A stretch of 64,000 nt of DNA from a virus (Duplodnaviria > Caudoviricetes): IMG/VR virus record IMGVR_UViG_3300037761_000271, positions 22,486 through 86,485 of that record. One strand, written 5' to 3'. This document shows, piece by piece, positions 9,547 through 19,467 of this stretch (position 1 is the stretch's first letter; every line of letters begins with the position of its first letter). The notes beneath the pieces are model-generated. The model made no database searches. It was given only the letters and a program-made list of their open reading frames with translations, and was not told the origin of the DNA. The position numbers were made by a program, and so were the translations under genes.

Positions 9547-10053
9547 GTGAGCGGAGTCACCACGTTGGAGCGGCCAGCGGCGGTGGAGCCGGGTCATCTG
9601 GAGCGGATGCCGGCGATCACCGTTCACCAGCCGTACGCGACCGCGATCGCCCGGCACGGCAAGCGCACCGAGAACAGGGGATGGCCGGCGCCGCTCAGCA
9701 TGGTCGGGCAACGGCTCGCCATCCACGCCAGCCAGCGGTGGGTGGCCGGAGAGGACATCTACCCGGAGGCGACGCTGCCGCAGTACGACCCGGTGGTCTA
9801 CCCGGCCGGGGTAGTGCTCGCGGTGGCCCGGTTGGCGTGGTGCTGCGCGGCCGGGATCGCAGGGGACCCGTGGTGCGAGTGCGACGTGTGGGCGCGGGAC
9901 GACCTGTACCACTGGGGCCTGGCCGACGTGGTGGCGCTACCGGAGCCGGTGCCCTGCCGGGGACACCAGCGGATCTGGTACCTGCCACTGGACGTGGCCG
10001 CGGAGGTGGCCGCCCAGCTTGACCAGATCAGCCAACGGGAGGGACGGGGATGA
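9547..10053 (+). CDS. ASCH-domain protein
   Basis: AITVHQPYATAIARHGKRTENRGW...AIHA. Confidence 0.85.
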   Translation: MSGVTTLERPAAVEPGHLERMPAITVHQPYATAIARHGKRTENRGWPAPLSMVGQRLAIHASQRWVAGEDIYPEATLPQYDPVVYPAGVVLAVARLAWCCAAGIAGDPWCECDVWARDDLYHWGLADVVALPEPVPCRGHQRIWYLPLDVAAEVAAQLDQISQREGRG

Positions 10054-10101
10054 TCCCGATTCTTGCGCTTGTCACGATCCTAGCCAGGGAGGAGGACGGG
10101 G

Positions 10102-10527
10102 ATGCTGCGATTGGTGGTGACCGGCTCCCGGACGTGGGACGAAATCTCGTATGTGTGGGACCTGCTCGACGCCTTGCTGGAGGAGCATGGCGCGGTTGCC
10201 CTGTACCACGGGTACTGCGGGCGTGGGCTGGACGCGATCGCCGACTTGTGGGCTCGCCAGCGCCGCGACGAAGTAGGCCCACTGGTGGAACTGCACCGGG
10301 TGCCGGTAGACCGCCGAGTGGACGGGACATGGCCGGCCGCCGGGCCGAGGCGCAACGCCCGCATGGTCGCGAGGTTCGTCGCCGAGTTGGTGCCGGGTGA
10401 GCCGTTCGCCTGCCAGGCGTTCAACCGCAACGACAGCCCGGGCACGAAAGGCTGCGCCGGGCTAGCTAAGCGTGCCGGTATTCCGACCACGGTCCACCGG
10501 TACGAGGAGGTGGTCACTGGTGGCTGA
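10102..10527 (+). CDS. SLOG-family (DUF2493/YspA-like) protein
   Basis: LVVTGSRTW..HG..G.D..A..W...AGPRRNARMV...SPGTKGC. Confidence 0.8.
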   Translation: MLRLVVTGSRTWDEISYVWDLLDALLEEHGAVALYHGYCGRGLDAIADLWARQRRDEVGPLVELHRVPVDRRVDGTWPAAGPRRNARMVARFVAELVPGEPFACQAFNRNDSPGTKGCAGLAKRAGIPTTVHRYEEVVTGG

Positions 10528-10891
10528 GGCGCAGCGGCCGGCGGTGACGGTCGAGCCGAGTGTCCGTTTCGGTTACCCGCACATGCGTGGGGTGCCCACG
10601 GACGCGATCGCCGGGATGGTGTGGGCCGGGGAGACCCCGGGGGTCGTGGCCGACGAGTTCGGCCTGCCGGGCCGGATGTGGGTGCTGGTGGCCTGCTGGT
10701 ATGAGGCGCGGCACGGCCAGCCGCGGACGGCCTACCGGCGGGCGTGGAAGCAGTGGGCGGAGCGGGCCGGGAAGGCGATGTGGGCCAGCAGTGTCAACTA
10801 CGCGGCGATCCCGGACCCGCCGAGCAGAGACAAGATCAACCAGAGGGAGACGGCCACTACAACACCAACCACCCCGACGTGGTGGAGGTGA
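10520..10891 (+). CDS. DUF433-like HTH protein
   Basis: VEPSVRFGYPHMRGVPTDAIAGMVWAGE..VADEFGL. Confidence 0.7.
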   Translation: MAEAQRPAVTVEPSVRFGYPHMRGVPTDAIAGMVWAGETPGVVADEFGLPGRMWVLVACWYEARHGQPRTAYRRAWKQWAERAGKAMWASSVNYAAIPDPPSRDKINQRETATTTPTTPTWWR

Positions 10892-10897
10892 CCCCGG

Positions 10898-11392
10898 ATG
10901 GCCGGCTCTACGTCGCAGCCTGAGACCCGGCAGCAGCGGGCCGAACGGCTCGCCCCCCTGGCCGTGGAGTGGGCCGCCCGGCTACGCGACGAGCAGGTGG
11001 ACACGCTGGCGGGCGAGCTGCTGGACCCGCTGCCCCGGCGGGACCTGTACGGGCTGATCGGGCTGCTGGGCGGCGCGGCGGATGTGGGTGTGTCGCCGGA
11101 CCTGTGGTGGCGTTGGGTGCGGCTGCGGGACCTGCCCGCGCTCGCGGCGCCGGTGCGGGAGCCGGAGGAGGCCCTGGTCGAGGACACGGCCCCTCCTCCG
11201 GTGCGCGACCCGGGCGGCCAGCCCTCCGCTGCGGAGGAGGCGGCCGTGGGTGAGCTGCTGGTGTCGATGCTGGAGCAGTGGTACCCGGATGCGGAGATCG
11301 CCGCAGCGACCGGGCTGTCGACCAACGCGGTGAAGAAGCGGCGGCATCGGCTGGGCGTGTTCCGCCGGCCGGCCCGGGCGGGGGTGGGCTGA
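10898..11392 (+). CDS. Hypothetical protein with C-terminal HTH
   Basis: DAEIAAATGLSTNAVKKRRHRLG. Confidence 0.65.
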   Translation: MAGSTSQPETRQQRAERLAPLAVEWAARLRDEQVDTLAGELLDPLPRRDLYGLIGLLGGAADVGVSPDLWWRWVRLRDLPALAAPVREPEEALVEDTAPPPVRDPGGQPSAAEEAAVGELLVSMLEQWYPDAEIAAATGLSTNAVKKRRHRLGVFRRPARAGVG

Positions 11393-11399
11393 GGTGCGG

Positions 11400-11714
11400 T
11401 CAGGACTTTCGCCGAGGCTTCTTCGGCGTATCCGCGCGTCGTTGGTGCTCCCGCTTGACCGGCCCGCGCCACTCGCCCGGCAACGGTGCGTCCGGGTTCT
11501 TGACCCGCCACTCGATGTAGGCCCGGACATCAGCAGCGCGGCCGCCGTCGCCTACCACGTCGGCGTATGCATCCCACAGCGCCCTGTCCACTCGGATGCG
11601 CCGCTCGTCTCCTTGGCCGAGTGCCACAAGCCGAGGGTACGAGTCGGACCCTTCCGAGGGCAACAGCGAGGACCACAAGTCTGGGGGTTTGGTGCGGTGT
11701 TTGCCAGCGTCCAT
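11400..11714 (-). CDS. Small ribbon-helix-helix-like regulator
   Basis: RRIRVDRALWDAY..RAADVRAYIEW; own leaderless promoter TATCAT-7 nt-ATG. Confidence 0.6.
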   Translation of the reverse strand: MDAGKHRTKPPDLWSSLLPSEGSDSYPRLVALGQGDERRIRVDRALWDAYADVVGDGGRAADVRAYIEWRVKNPDAPLPGEWRGPVKREHQRRADTPKKPRRKS

Positions 11715-11844
11715 GGTTCCGATGATAGCGTAAGCGGGACCCTGATCGGGACCCTATACGACTGCCCGCCGTGAATAGCCCTCCTAGATCACGGGGGAGC
11801 AACGAAAGTGGATCAAGTGCACAGGAGGGACACGTGGACCGCGG

Positions 11845-13122
11845 ATGGGGGTGAAGCTGATGGTCGAGGTGCTCGACCACGCGCCTGGCGCCTGGACGCC
11901 GCCTGAACGCCTGCTTGTCGTAGCGATCGCGGAGCAGGCGAACGACGTAACGCGGCAAGCTTTTTGCGGTCCCGAGCTGATCGCGCACCGTGCTGGCCTG
12001 GCGGATGTCAAGAGCGTCGCCAGGTCGCTTCGCCGGATAGCCGAGAAGGGCTACGAGCTGCGGGTTCCCGCTGGTGCCGACGCAGCCGGCCGGGCGCTCT
12101 TCGCCTACCGCGGGCATCGGACGGTCTACGAGATCCCTCGCCTGTGCCCAAGTCCCGTTCACGACACCCACGCGTGCATCGAGCGGCATGCGGCCGGGCA
12201 GTCCGTCCCTGACCACCCCACCCGAGAAAGGGTGGCAGCAGGTGCCACCCAAACGGAGGGAAAGGGTGGCCGATTGAGCCACCCTAAGGCAGGCGTCCCA
12301 CCCGAGAAAGGGTGGCAGCAGGTGCCACCCAAACCTGAGGGATTCGGGGAGAAAGGGTGGCAGCCAGACACCGAAAGGGTGGCAGTACGCGACGCAAAGG
12401 GTGGCACTAGCAGCCACCCCTCCCCTCAATCCCCTCAATCCCCTCAGGGGGGTGTGGGGGGGCAGACCCCCAAGCCGCCGTCGCTACCCGCCACCGCTGG
12501 CGCAAGCCGCCAGTCGGCACTGTTCCCCGTCGGCGACCTGAAGCTGCCCGAGTCGGTGCAGATCGTCTTCGACTGGGGCCGCTGGAACGGCTACGAGGAC
12601 ACAACCCCCGATCAGGCCCGGGCGGTGCTGCAAGCGTTTCGCAAGCGGTACGGGTCCAAGCCGGTCGGCTACATCCGGAAAGTCGCCGGGCTGGACGGCG
12701 GCGGTTTCGATGACCTGTTCCGCGAGGTCCGGGACCGGAGTGCCGCAGCGGCCAAGGTGGCGATCGAGGTCCTGGAGCGGACCGAGCCGGACTGCGAGCA
12801 TGGCACCCGCGCTGGGCGGGCCACGCACCCGGCCACGGGAGCCCTGCTCTGCCCGATGTGCCGGGCCGGCGTGAACATCGTCGCAGCCAACGGCGCGACG
12901 ACGGACGCGCCGGTTGCCGCGGTCGTGGATGCCTACCGGCTCGCCTACCGCGCCACGCTCAACGCCGCCCCCCGCTCGTCGCTGCTGATCGATATCACCC
13001 AGCAGGCCGCTGCGCTGCTCAGCCGGGGCGCTGACCCTGGCCTGCTCGTTGACCTGGCCCGCCGTGCTGGCGCACGCGGCGAAGGGCTCATTACCGCCGC
13101 CACCCGAGGAGGGCAAGCATGA
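11845..13122 (+). CDS. Phage replication initiator (N-terminal winged helix)
   Basis: ERLLVVAIAEQAND..GPELIAHRAGL; upstream of DnaB; internal iterons. Confidence 0.75.
   Translation: MGVKLMVEVLDHAPGAWTPPERLLVVAIAEQANDVTRQAFCGPELIAHRAGLADVKSVARSLRRIAEKGYELRVPAGADAAGRALFAYRGHRTVYEIPRLCPSPVHDTHACIERHAAGQSVPDHPTRERVAAGATQTEGKGGRLSHPKAGVPPEKGWQQVPPKPEGFGEKGWQPDTERVAVRDAKGGTSSHPSPQSPQSPQGGVGGQTPKPPSLPATAGASRQSALFPVGDLKLPESVQIVFDWGRWNGYEDTTPDQARAVLQAFRKRYGSKPVGYIRKVAGLDGGGFDDLFREVRDRSAAAAKVAIEVLERTEPDCEHGTRAGRATHPATGALLCPMCRAGVNIVAANGATTDAPVAAVVDAYRLAYRATLNAAPRSSLLIDITQQAAALLSRGADPGLLVDLARRAGARGEGLITAATRGGQA
12217..12446 (+). repeat. Iteron-like origin repeats inside the initiator gene
   Basis: AAAGGGTGGC x6, inverted GCCACCC copies, 38-bp direct repeat at 12217 and 12297, TCCCCTCA(A) x3. 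Confidence 0.75.
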
Positions 13123-14462
13123 CCATCACCGGCACGCCAATCGCCGACGCGCTGGCCGCGGAGCAGGCACCGACATACGACCTCGGGGCGGAGCGGACCC
13201 TGCTGGGCATCCTGATGGCGGACCCGGCGAAGGTCGGGGAGGTGTTGGACCTCGACCCGGAGCTGTTCTACAAGTCGCAGCACGGTGAGGTCTTCGCCGC
13301 GATCCTGAAGCTGCACGCCGAGGGCAAGCCGACCGAGCCGCAGTCGGTGACCGCGTATCTCGCCGACGAGGGTTCGATCAGCCGGCTCGGCGGTGCGGAG
13401 TACCTGGCTGAGTGCTACGAGTCGGTGCCGGTGACGGCCATGCTGGGGCACTACGTGGACCGGCTGGTCGTCACCGGAGAGCGGCGCAACTACCAGGCCG
13501 CCGGCATCCGCATCACCGACGCTGCCACCAGGCCTGGCCAGGACCCGGCCGGGCTTGCCGCGCTCGCACAGGAGCTGATCGCCAAGGCCCGGATCGGGCG
13601 CCGCGAGTTGGAGTTGCACCAGCTCGGAGCCCTGATCAACCCGTGCCTGGACGACATCGAGGTCCGGCAGCACAAGCCGAAGGGCATCAAGTGCGGCTTC
13701 ATCGACCTGGACAGGGTGATCGGCGGCATGTCGCCGAAGCAGCTCATCACCGTGGCTGGGCCTACCGGCTCGGGGAAGAGCGTGTTCGTGACGGACATCG
13801 CCCGGCATGTGGCAATCCGGGGGCGGTTGACGGTGGCGTTCTTTTCGCTCGAAATGTCCAAGGAGGAAATCTTCGATCGGGTGATCGCCGCGGAGGCGGG
13901 CGTGCCGCACATGGCCGTTCGTGACGGCACCCTCAGCGAGCGGGACTGGTCGAAGGTGACCGCGAAGATTGGGCCGATGTCGCACGCGCCGCTGTTCATG
14001 GCCGACGACGGGACCTTGACGGTGGCGCAGATTAAGCACCGGTGCAAGCGGCTGAGGGATGCCAGGGGATTGGACCTGATCGTGGTTGATCATATGCACC
14101 TGCTGGCACCGAGCGCGCGATGCCGGGATGAGCGGGAGCGGATCGAGGACGTGAGCCGGGGACTGAAGGAGCTGGCGATGGGGATGGACATTCCGGTGAT
14201 GGCGGCGGCGCATATGAACCGGAACCCGGCGCTGCGTGCGGACAAGAAGCCGCAGCTACCAGACCTCAAAGGGGCGTCGGGGATCGAGCAGAACAGCAAC
14301 GTGGTGCTGATGCTGCACCGTGAGGACTACTACGACCCGTCCTCGCCGCGCCGGGGTGAGCTGGACGTGGTGGTGGCGAAGAACCGCAGCGGCGAGATGC
14401 GGTCGGTGGTGCTGGCTGCGCAGCTAGATAAGAGCCGGTTCGTCGATATGGCAGTCGTGTAG
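13119..14462 (+). CDS. dnaB: Replicative DnaB helicase
   Basis: Walker A GPTGSGKS, FSLEMS, IVVDHMHL, GIEQNSNVV, VAKNRSG. Confidence 0.96.
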   Translation: MTITGTPIADALAAEQAPTYDLGAERTLLGILMADPAKVGEVLDLDPELFYKSQHGEVFAAILKLHAEGKPTEPQSVTAYLADEGSISRLGGAEYLAECYESVPVTAMLGHYVDRLVVTGERRNYQAAGIRITDAATRPGQDPAGLAALAQELIAKARIGRRELELHQLGALINPCLDDIEVRQHKPKGIKCGFIDLDRVIGGMSPKQLITVAGPTGSGKSVFVTDIARHVAIRGRLTVAFFSLEMSKEEIFDRVIAAEAGVPHMAVRDGTLSERDWSKVTAKIGPMSHAPLFMADDGTLTVAQIKHRCKRLRDARGLDLIVVDHMHLLAPSARCRDERERIEDVSRGLKELAMGMDIPVMAAAHMNRNPALRADKKPQLPDLKGASGIEQNSNVVLMLHREDYYDPSSPRRGELDVVVAKNRSGEMRSVVLAAQLDKSRFVDMAVV

Positions 14463-14899
14463 GACGGGGAGGTACGGCATGATCAGGCATATCGCCTGGG
14501 TGTTCGATGAGTTTCTGATGGAGCACAGCTTCGTCATCACCGACCCGGGTCCAGGCCAGCGGCGGACGGCTGTCCGCGGCGACCTGTCGTATGAGATCGG
14601 ACCGCGCTGCCGCTGCGACTACTGCCCAGAGTCGCAGCACCCGAACTACCGCTGCATCGCGGGCGTGGCCTCGTGACGGTGGATAGGGTGCCGATCCGGC
14701 TCGGTCCGGGCATGGGCGGCGGGCTGGACGGGCCGCCGTGCCTGCAGCGGGACACCCTGGCGCAGGGCACCCCGGCGGGGATGCTGCCCTGCGGGGCGAT
14801 GTGCCGCCGCTGCGGGCGGGTGACCGCCCGGCGGGACCCGGACGGGCGGGCGTGGTGCGGCGGACAGCTACCGGCACCGGCGGGGGAGAGGAGCAGGCG

Positions 14900-15331
14900 G
14901 TGAGCTGGGTGTGGTTCTGGACACCGTGCTGGTACTGGCACGGATGGCGGACGCTGCTGCCGGTGCAGCGCGGCGGTGACGAGTACGGCCGGCGGACGCT
15001 GATCTTCGGCTGGACCGTCACCGGCAGGGTAATCGTGGCGATATCCCGCCCGGGTCGGCTGTACCGACCGGAGTGGTGGCAGCACCGCGACATGCTGACC
15101 GACACGGTCGTGTGGGCGTCGATCTACCCCTACGGCGGCGGAGAGCAGGAGCACGGCATCCAGCTCACCGTGGCGTCTGCTGAGAGCCGGTGGCAGGCGC
15201 TGGCCGTGGTGCGTCTCCCGCAAGAGGCGGTGCGGGGGTTGGCCGAGCTGATCGACGCGTCCCGGTCGCTGGTGTGGCACGACCCGCGCGACGCCGACGA
15301 TCCGTTCTGGAACCCGCAGGAGGAGCGATGA
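14900..15331 (+). CDS. Hypothetical protein
   Basis: RBS, coupled to the next gene. Confidence 0.5.
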   Translation: MSWVWFWTPCWYWHGWRTLLPVQRGGDEYGRRTLIFGWTVTGRVIVAISRPGRLYRPEWWQHRDMLTDTVVWASIYPYGGGEQEHGIQLTVASAESRWQALAVVRLPQEAVRGLAELIDASRSLVWHDPRDADDPFWNPQEER

Positions 15332-17076
15332 CGACCAGCATCAGTCTCGGCGCCGGGCTTGTGCTTCCGGACGAGGCGGTCACGGAGACATTCGCGGTGC
15401 TCGGTAAGCGCGGGTCCGGGAAGACCACGCTGGCGCGGGTGCTGTGCGAGGAGCTGCTGACCGCGCAGCTTCCGGTCGCGGTGATCGACCCGACCGGGGT
15501 GTGGTGGGGGCTGCGCACGTCGGCGTCGGGCAAGTCGGACGGGTTCCCGGTGGTGATCTTCGGCGGAGACCATGCGGACGTGCCGCTGTCGGACACCGCC
15601 GGGACGGTGATTGCTGACGTGATCGTTCAGCAGCGGGTGCCGGCGGTGCTGGACTTGTCGCTGCTGACCAAGACCGCGGCGCGTCGGTTCTGCACGGACT
15701 TTCTGGAGCGGCTGTACCACCGCAACCGGGACCCGCTCCACTTGGTGGTGGACGAGGCGGACCTGCTGGCGCCGCAGCGTATACCACCCGGGGCGGAGCG
15801 GCTACTCGGCGCGATGGACGACGTGGTGCGCCGCGGCCGGGTGCGGGGGCTGGGGGTCACGCTGATCACCCAGCGGCCGGCGGTGTTGAACAAGGACGTG
15901 CTCGGTCAGGCGGAGGTGCTGGTGGCGCTGCGGATGACTGGTCCGCGGGACGTGCAGGCCATCGACGAGTGGGTGCGGCTGCACGCCGATGAGGATGAGG
16001 CCCGGGAGCTGAAGGGCAGCCTGCCGTCGCTGCCGGTGGGCACGGCCTGGTTCTGGTCGCCCGGCTGGCTCGGGCTGCTGCGCCGGATCGAGGTACGCCG
16101 GCCACGCACCTACGACTCTTCAGCGACGCCGAAGCCGGGCCAGACCCGGCTGCCGGTGAAGCGGATGGCCACGGTGGACCTGCGCGTCCTGGGGGAGCAG
16201 ATCGCCGCCACCGTGGAGCGGGCCAAGGCCGAGGACCCGAAGGTGCTGCGGGTGCGGATCGCCGAGCTTGAGCGCGCCCTGGCCGCGGCCAGGGCGGACC
16301 TGCCCGAGCCGGAGCGGGTGGAGGTGTCGGTGCTCACCGACACGAACCTGGCCGATCTGCGGGCCGCCGGCGGGCAGCTGACCGCGGTACGGGACCAGCT
16401 GGACCTGGCGGCGCGGGAGGCGCACGAGCAGATCAGCGCCGCGCTGGAGCGGCTGGCCCCGACCGTGGACGCGATCACCGCCGCCGGCCGTACCCCGGCA
16501 GCCGTACCGCCGCCGGCCCGGCCCGTCTCACCGGTACCACCGGTGCCGCCCGCTTGCCCGCCGCCGAGCCGGCAGCCGCAGGCCGGCGGCGGGGCAGGGG
16601 TGGCACTGCCGAAGGCGCAGCGGGCCGTCCTGACCGTGCTGGCGCAGCACGGCACCCGCACCGTCGTGCAGGTGGCGCTGCTGGCTCGCTACTCGCACAG
16701 CTCCGGCGGCTACCGCAACGCCCTGTCCGCGCTGCGCACGGCGGGGTACATCGAGGGCCGGGGTGAGATCACCGCCACCCCGGAAGGGCTGGAAGCGCTG
16801 GGCGACTGGGAGCCGCTGCCGTCCGGCCGGGCGTTGGTCGACTGGTGGAAGCAGCATCACCTGGGGAAGGCGGAGCGGGCCATCCTCGACGTGCTGGTGG
16901 ACCGGTACCCGGCTTCGGTGCCGGTGCAGGACATCGCCGAGTCCACCGGCTACTCCGCAGGTTCGGGCGGGTTCCGCAACTCCTTGTCGCGGCTGCGGTC
17001 GCTGGAGTTGGCCTCCGGTCGGGGTGAGCTGTCGGTCAACCCGACGCTGATGGAGGAGGGCGCAGGTGTGCCATGA
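15328..17076 (+). CDS. HerA/DUF87-like P-loop ATPase with coiled coil and tandem C-terminal winged helices
   Basis: GKRGSGKT, VIDPTG, LVVDEAD, RRGRVRG..TQRPA. Confidence 0.8.
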   Translation: MTTSISLGAGLVLPDEAVTETFAVLGKRGSGKTTLARVLCEELLTAQLPVAVIDPTGVWWGLRTSASGKSDGFPVVIFGGDHADVPLSDTAGTVIADVIVQQRVPAVLDLSLLTKTAARRFCTDFLERLYHRNRDPLHLVVDEADLLAPQRIPPGAERLLGAMDDVVRRGRVRGLGVTLITQRPAVLNKDVLGQAEVLVALRMTGPRDVQAIDEWVRLHADEDEARELKGSLPSLPVGTAWFWSPGWLGLLRRIEVRRPRTYDSSATPKPGQTRLPVKRMATVDLRVLGEQIAATVERAKAEDPKVLRVRIAELERALAAARADLPEPERVEVSVLTDTNLADLRAAGGQLTAVRDQLDLAAREAHEQISAALERLAPTVDAITAAGRTPAAVPPPARPVSPVPPVPPACPPPSRQPQAGGGAGVALPKAQRAVLTVLAQHGTRTVVQVALLARYSHSSGGYRNALSALRTAGYIEGRGEITATPEGLEALGDWEPLPSGRALVDWWKQHHLGKAERAILDVLVDRYPASVPVQDIAESTGYSAGSGGFRNSLSRLRSLELASGRGELSVNPTLMEEGAGVP

Positions 17077-17312
17077 CCACCGAGCCGACCGTGCGCTGCA
17101 ACCGCTGCCGCAGAGTGCTCTCCGACCCGCGGTGGTGCGCTGTCGGGTTGGGCCGGGTGTGCGCGGCCCGGCTGGGGCTGGTGCTGCGCTCCGAGCTGCG
17201 GCGCCGGATACGGGTGCGGGCCGGTGGGGGAGTGGGGGAGCCGGTGCTGGACGGGCTCGCGGAGCTGATGGAAGAGATCGACGAGAGCGAGGGGACATGG
17301 GTGGGAAGGTGA
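17073..17312 (+). CDS. Small zinc-ribbon protein (DUF6011-like)
   Basis: CNRCRRVLSDP..GLGRVCA. Confidence 0.6.
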   Translation: MTTEPTVRCNRCRRVLSDPRWCAVGLGRVCAARLGLVLRSELRRRIRVRAGGGVGEPVLDGLAELMEEIDESEGTWVGR

Positions 17313-17865
17313 GGTGGCAGGCCCGCCGGGGGGCGCTCGCCAGCTGGCTGGCGTGGGTTGGGCTGTGGACATTGCTCGGCTGGGCCGCGCTCGGCTGGCT
17401 GGTCGCCCTGGTGCTGCTGGGCCTCGGTGCCGTGGACGCCGGCCTTGGGGCGTTCGGGGTATGGATTGTCGCGGTGCTGCTGCTGATGGCGGTGGTGTTC
17501 AGCCATGACTGACCTACGTGAGCCGGGCCGGGTCCGGCTGATCACACTGGCCGTCGATCATGTGGCGCTGGCGTGCGTCCGGTGCGGGGAGTCGCTGGGG
17601 TGGGCGTCGGCCCGGCCGCCGTACCGGGTGCTGGAGTTCGGCCTGGTGGAGCTGGCCGCGATGCTGGCCGGCCACCGGTGCGCCGGCGGGGTGGTCGAGT
17701 GGTGAGCACCTTGACCGCCCCACCTGCCGAGCTGTGCACCTGGGAATGGGGCGGCATCACCTGGTGCCCGGAACGCGCCTACCACCGTTGCACCCGGCCA
17801 GCCAGTCACCTCACCCCGCACCGCTGCGGGTGCGGCACTACCGCCAGACGAGAGGACGCGAGCTG

Positions 17866-18171
17866 ATGGCCTGGAGCATCACACCCAACCCGGACGGCAC
17901 CTGGTCATGGTCCGCGTTCCAGTCCGCGTACGGCGCGGCGTCCGGCACCGCGCCCACCTTCGCCGCGGCGAAGGTGGAGCTGGCGATCGCCGAGGCCGCG
18001 ATCTGCGGGACCCCGTACCCGCCGTCGGTCGAGCGGGCGATGCGCGTAGACCCGGCCTGGTTCGCCGCCGACTTCCCGGACCCCACCACCACCACCACCC
18101 GAGAGGACACGCCTGAGCATGGCAACCCGCGACGAACTGGTCGCCGCTGCGACCGAGATCCACGACCGTGA
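17866..18171 (+). CDS. Hypothetical protein
   Basis: RBS GAGG, operon position. Confidence 0.5.
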   Translation: MAWSITPNPDGTWSWSAFQSAYGAASGTAPTFAAAKVELAIAEAAICGTPYPPSVERAMRVDPAWFAADFPDPTTTTTREDTPEHGNPRRTGRRCDRDPRP

Positions 18172-18273
18172 GGGCTGCGCCTGTGACCGCCGGTACCTGA
18201 TGAGCTGCACACGGCTGGCCGCCGCGGTCCTGCGAGCCGGTGCCGAGATGCGCGACCGGGAGGCGATCGACCG

Positions 18274-19467
18274 ATGACCGCCACCGACCAGTCGCCGGCC
18301 GGGAGGGCCCGCCCGGACGCACGGGCTGGTTTCCGCAGCGATCCGAGCTATGGGAGAGGACCGAGGATGACCACCCACAAGCCGCCACCACCACCACCGA
18401 GCAAGCCGCCGGACCAGCCCAAGCCGCAGCCGACCACGGCATCCCATGGTGTCGGCGCCGTCTTCCCGCACGTCGCCGGCCGTTGCCCTGCCTGCCGGGG
18501 CAGCTCGCTGTTCCGGGGCGAGGCCGGGCATGTCACCTGCTCACGGCTGGACTGCCCGGACCCGTGCGCGGCCGATGACCTGCTACACGCCGACCGGCCG
18601 GAGCTGCTGGTGGACCCGGCCGCCGCCCAGGTGCTGGCCGCGGCGCGGGCGTGGTGGGATTCCCTGAGCCCTGACGGCCGGGAGCACCTGAGGCACGCCA
18701 GCGCCGACGGGGCGCTCAAAGCGCTCGCGGCCGCCATGGACGCGCTCGGGGACACCACCGAGGCCGAGCATGACCGCCGCATGGCCGCGGGCGAGCCGGT
18801 GCTGGTGGTCGGCACCCCGCCGCCGTGGCGGGTGGAGGCCGCACCGCCGCCGACGGCCGGCACACCGTCGGAGCCGGCCGGGCGTGACCACCACTGGATT
18901 GAGCCCGAGCAGGCGGTGGGCTCGACACCGCCGTGGCGCAAGGAGCCGGTCGCTACGGCCAATTTGGCCGTAGCTAGCCACGGATTGGCCGAGGTGCTCA
19001 TGCGGCTGCGGGTTGCTCTGGACGCCGGCCAGGACGTGCCCGACGCGGACCTGGTGCCCCTGGCCGGCACCCACCGGGAGGCGCTGGCCCGCGCCGTCCG
19101 GGCCAACGAGGAGCAGACCGCTGAGGCGGAGCGGCTACGGGCCGAGCTGGCCAGGGTGCGGCGGGAGCTGGCCGAGGTGCAGGGCCGGGTGGAGGATTAC
19201 CGCCGCGATGCCTGGGACCGGACGGCAGCGGTCGACGCCCTCCGCGCCGAGCTGGCCACCGCCCGCCGGGACGCCGAGCTGTGGGAGCGGGCCGCCGGGG
19301 ACATGGAGGCCCGGGACCGGCACGCCGCCGCCGACACGCTCGACTGGGCCGCCGGAGAGTGGCACCGTACGGCAGTCGGCACCAACGAGTGGCCCACCCG
19401 GGATCAGCTCCACCAGTGGGCCACCGAGATCCGCGCCGGCACCCGCAGCATTGGAGATGTCAGGTGA
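18274..19467 (+). CDS. Hypothetical protein (Cys-rich domain plus coiled coil)
   Basis: CPACRGSSLF..HVTCSRLDCPDP. Confidence 0.6.
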   Translation: MTATDQSPAGRARPDARAGFRSDPSYGRGPRMTTHKPPPPPPSKPPDQPKPQPTTASHGVGAVFPHVAGRCPACRGSSLFRGEAGHVTCSRLDCPDPCAADDLLHADRPELLVDPAAAQVLAAARAWWDSLSPDGREHLRHASADGALKALAAAMDALGDTTEAEHDRRMAAGEPVLVVGTPPPWRVEAAPPPTAGTPSEPAGRDHHWIEPEQAVGSTPPWRKEPVATANLAVASHGLAEVLMRLRVALDAGQDVPDADLVPLAGTHREALARAVRANEEQTAEAERLRAELARVRRELAEVQGRVEDYRRDAWDRTAAVDALRAELATARRDAELWERAAGDMEARDRHAAADTLDWAAGEWHRTAVGTNEWPTRDQLHQWATEIRAGTRSIGDVR

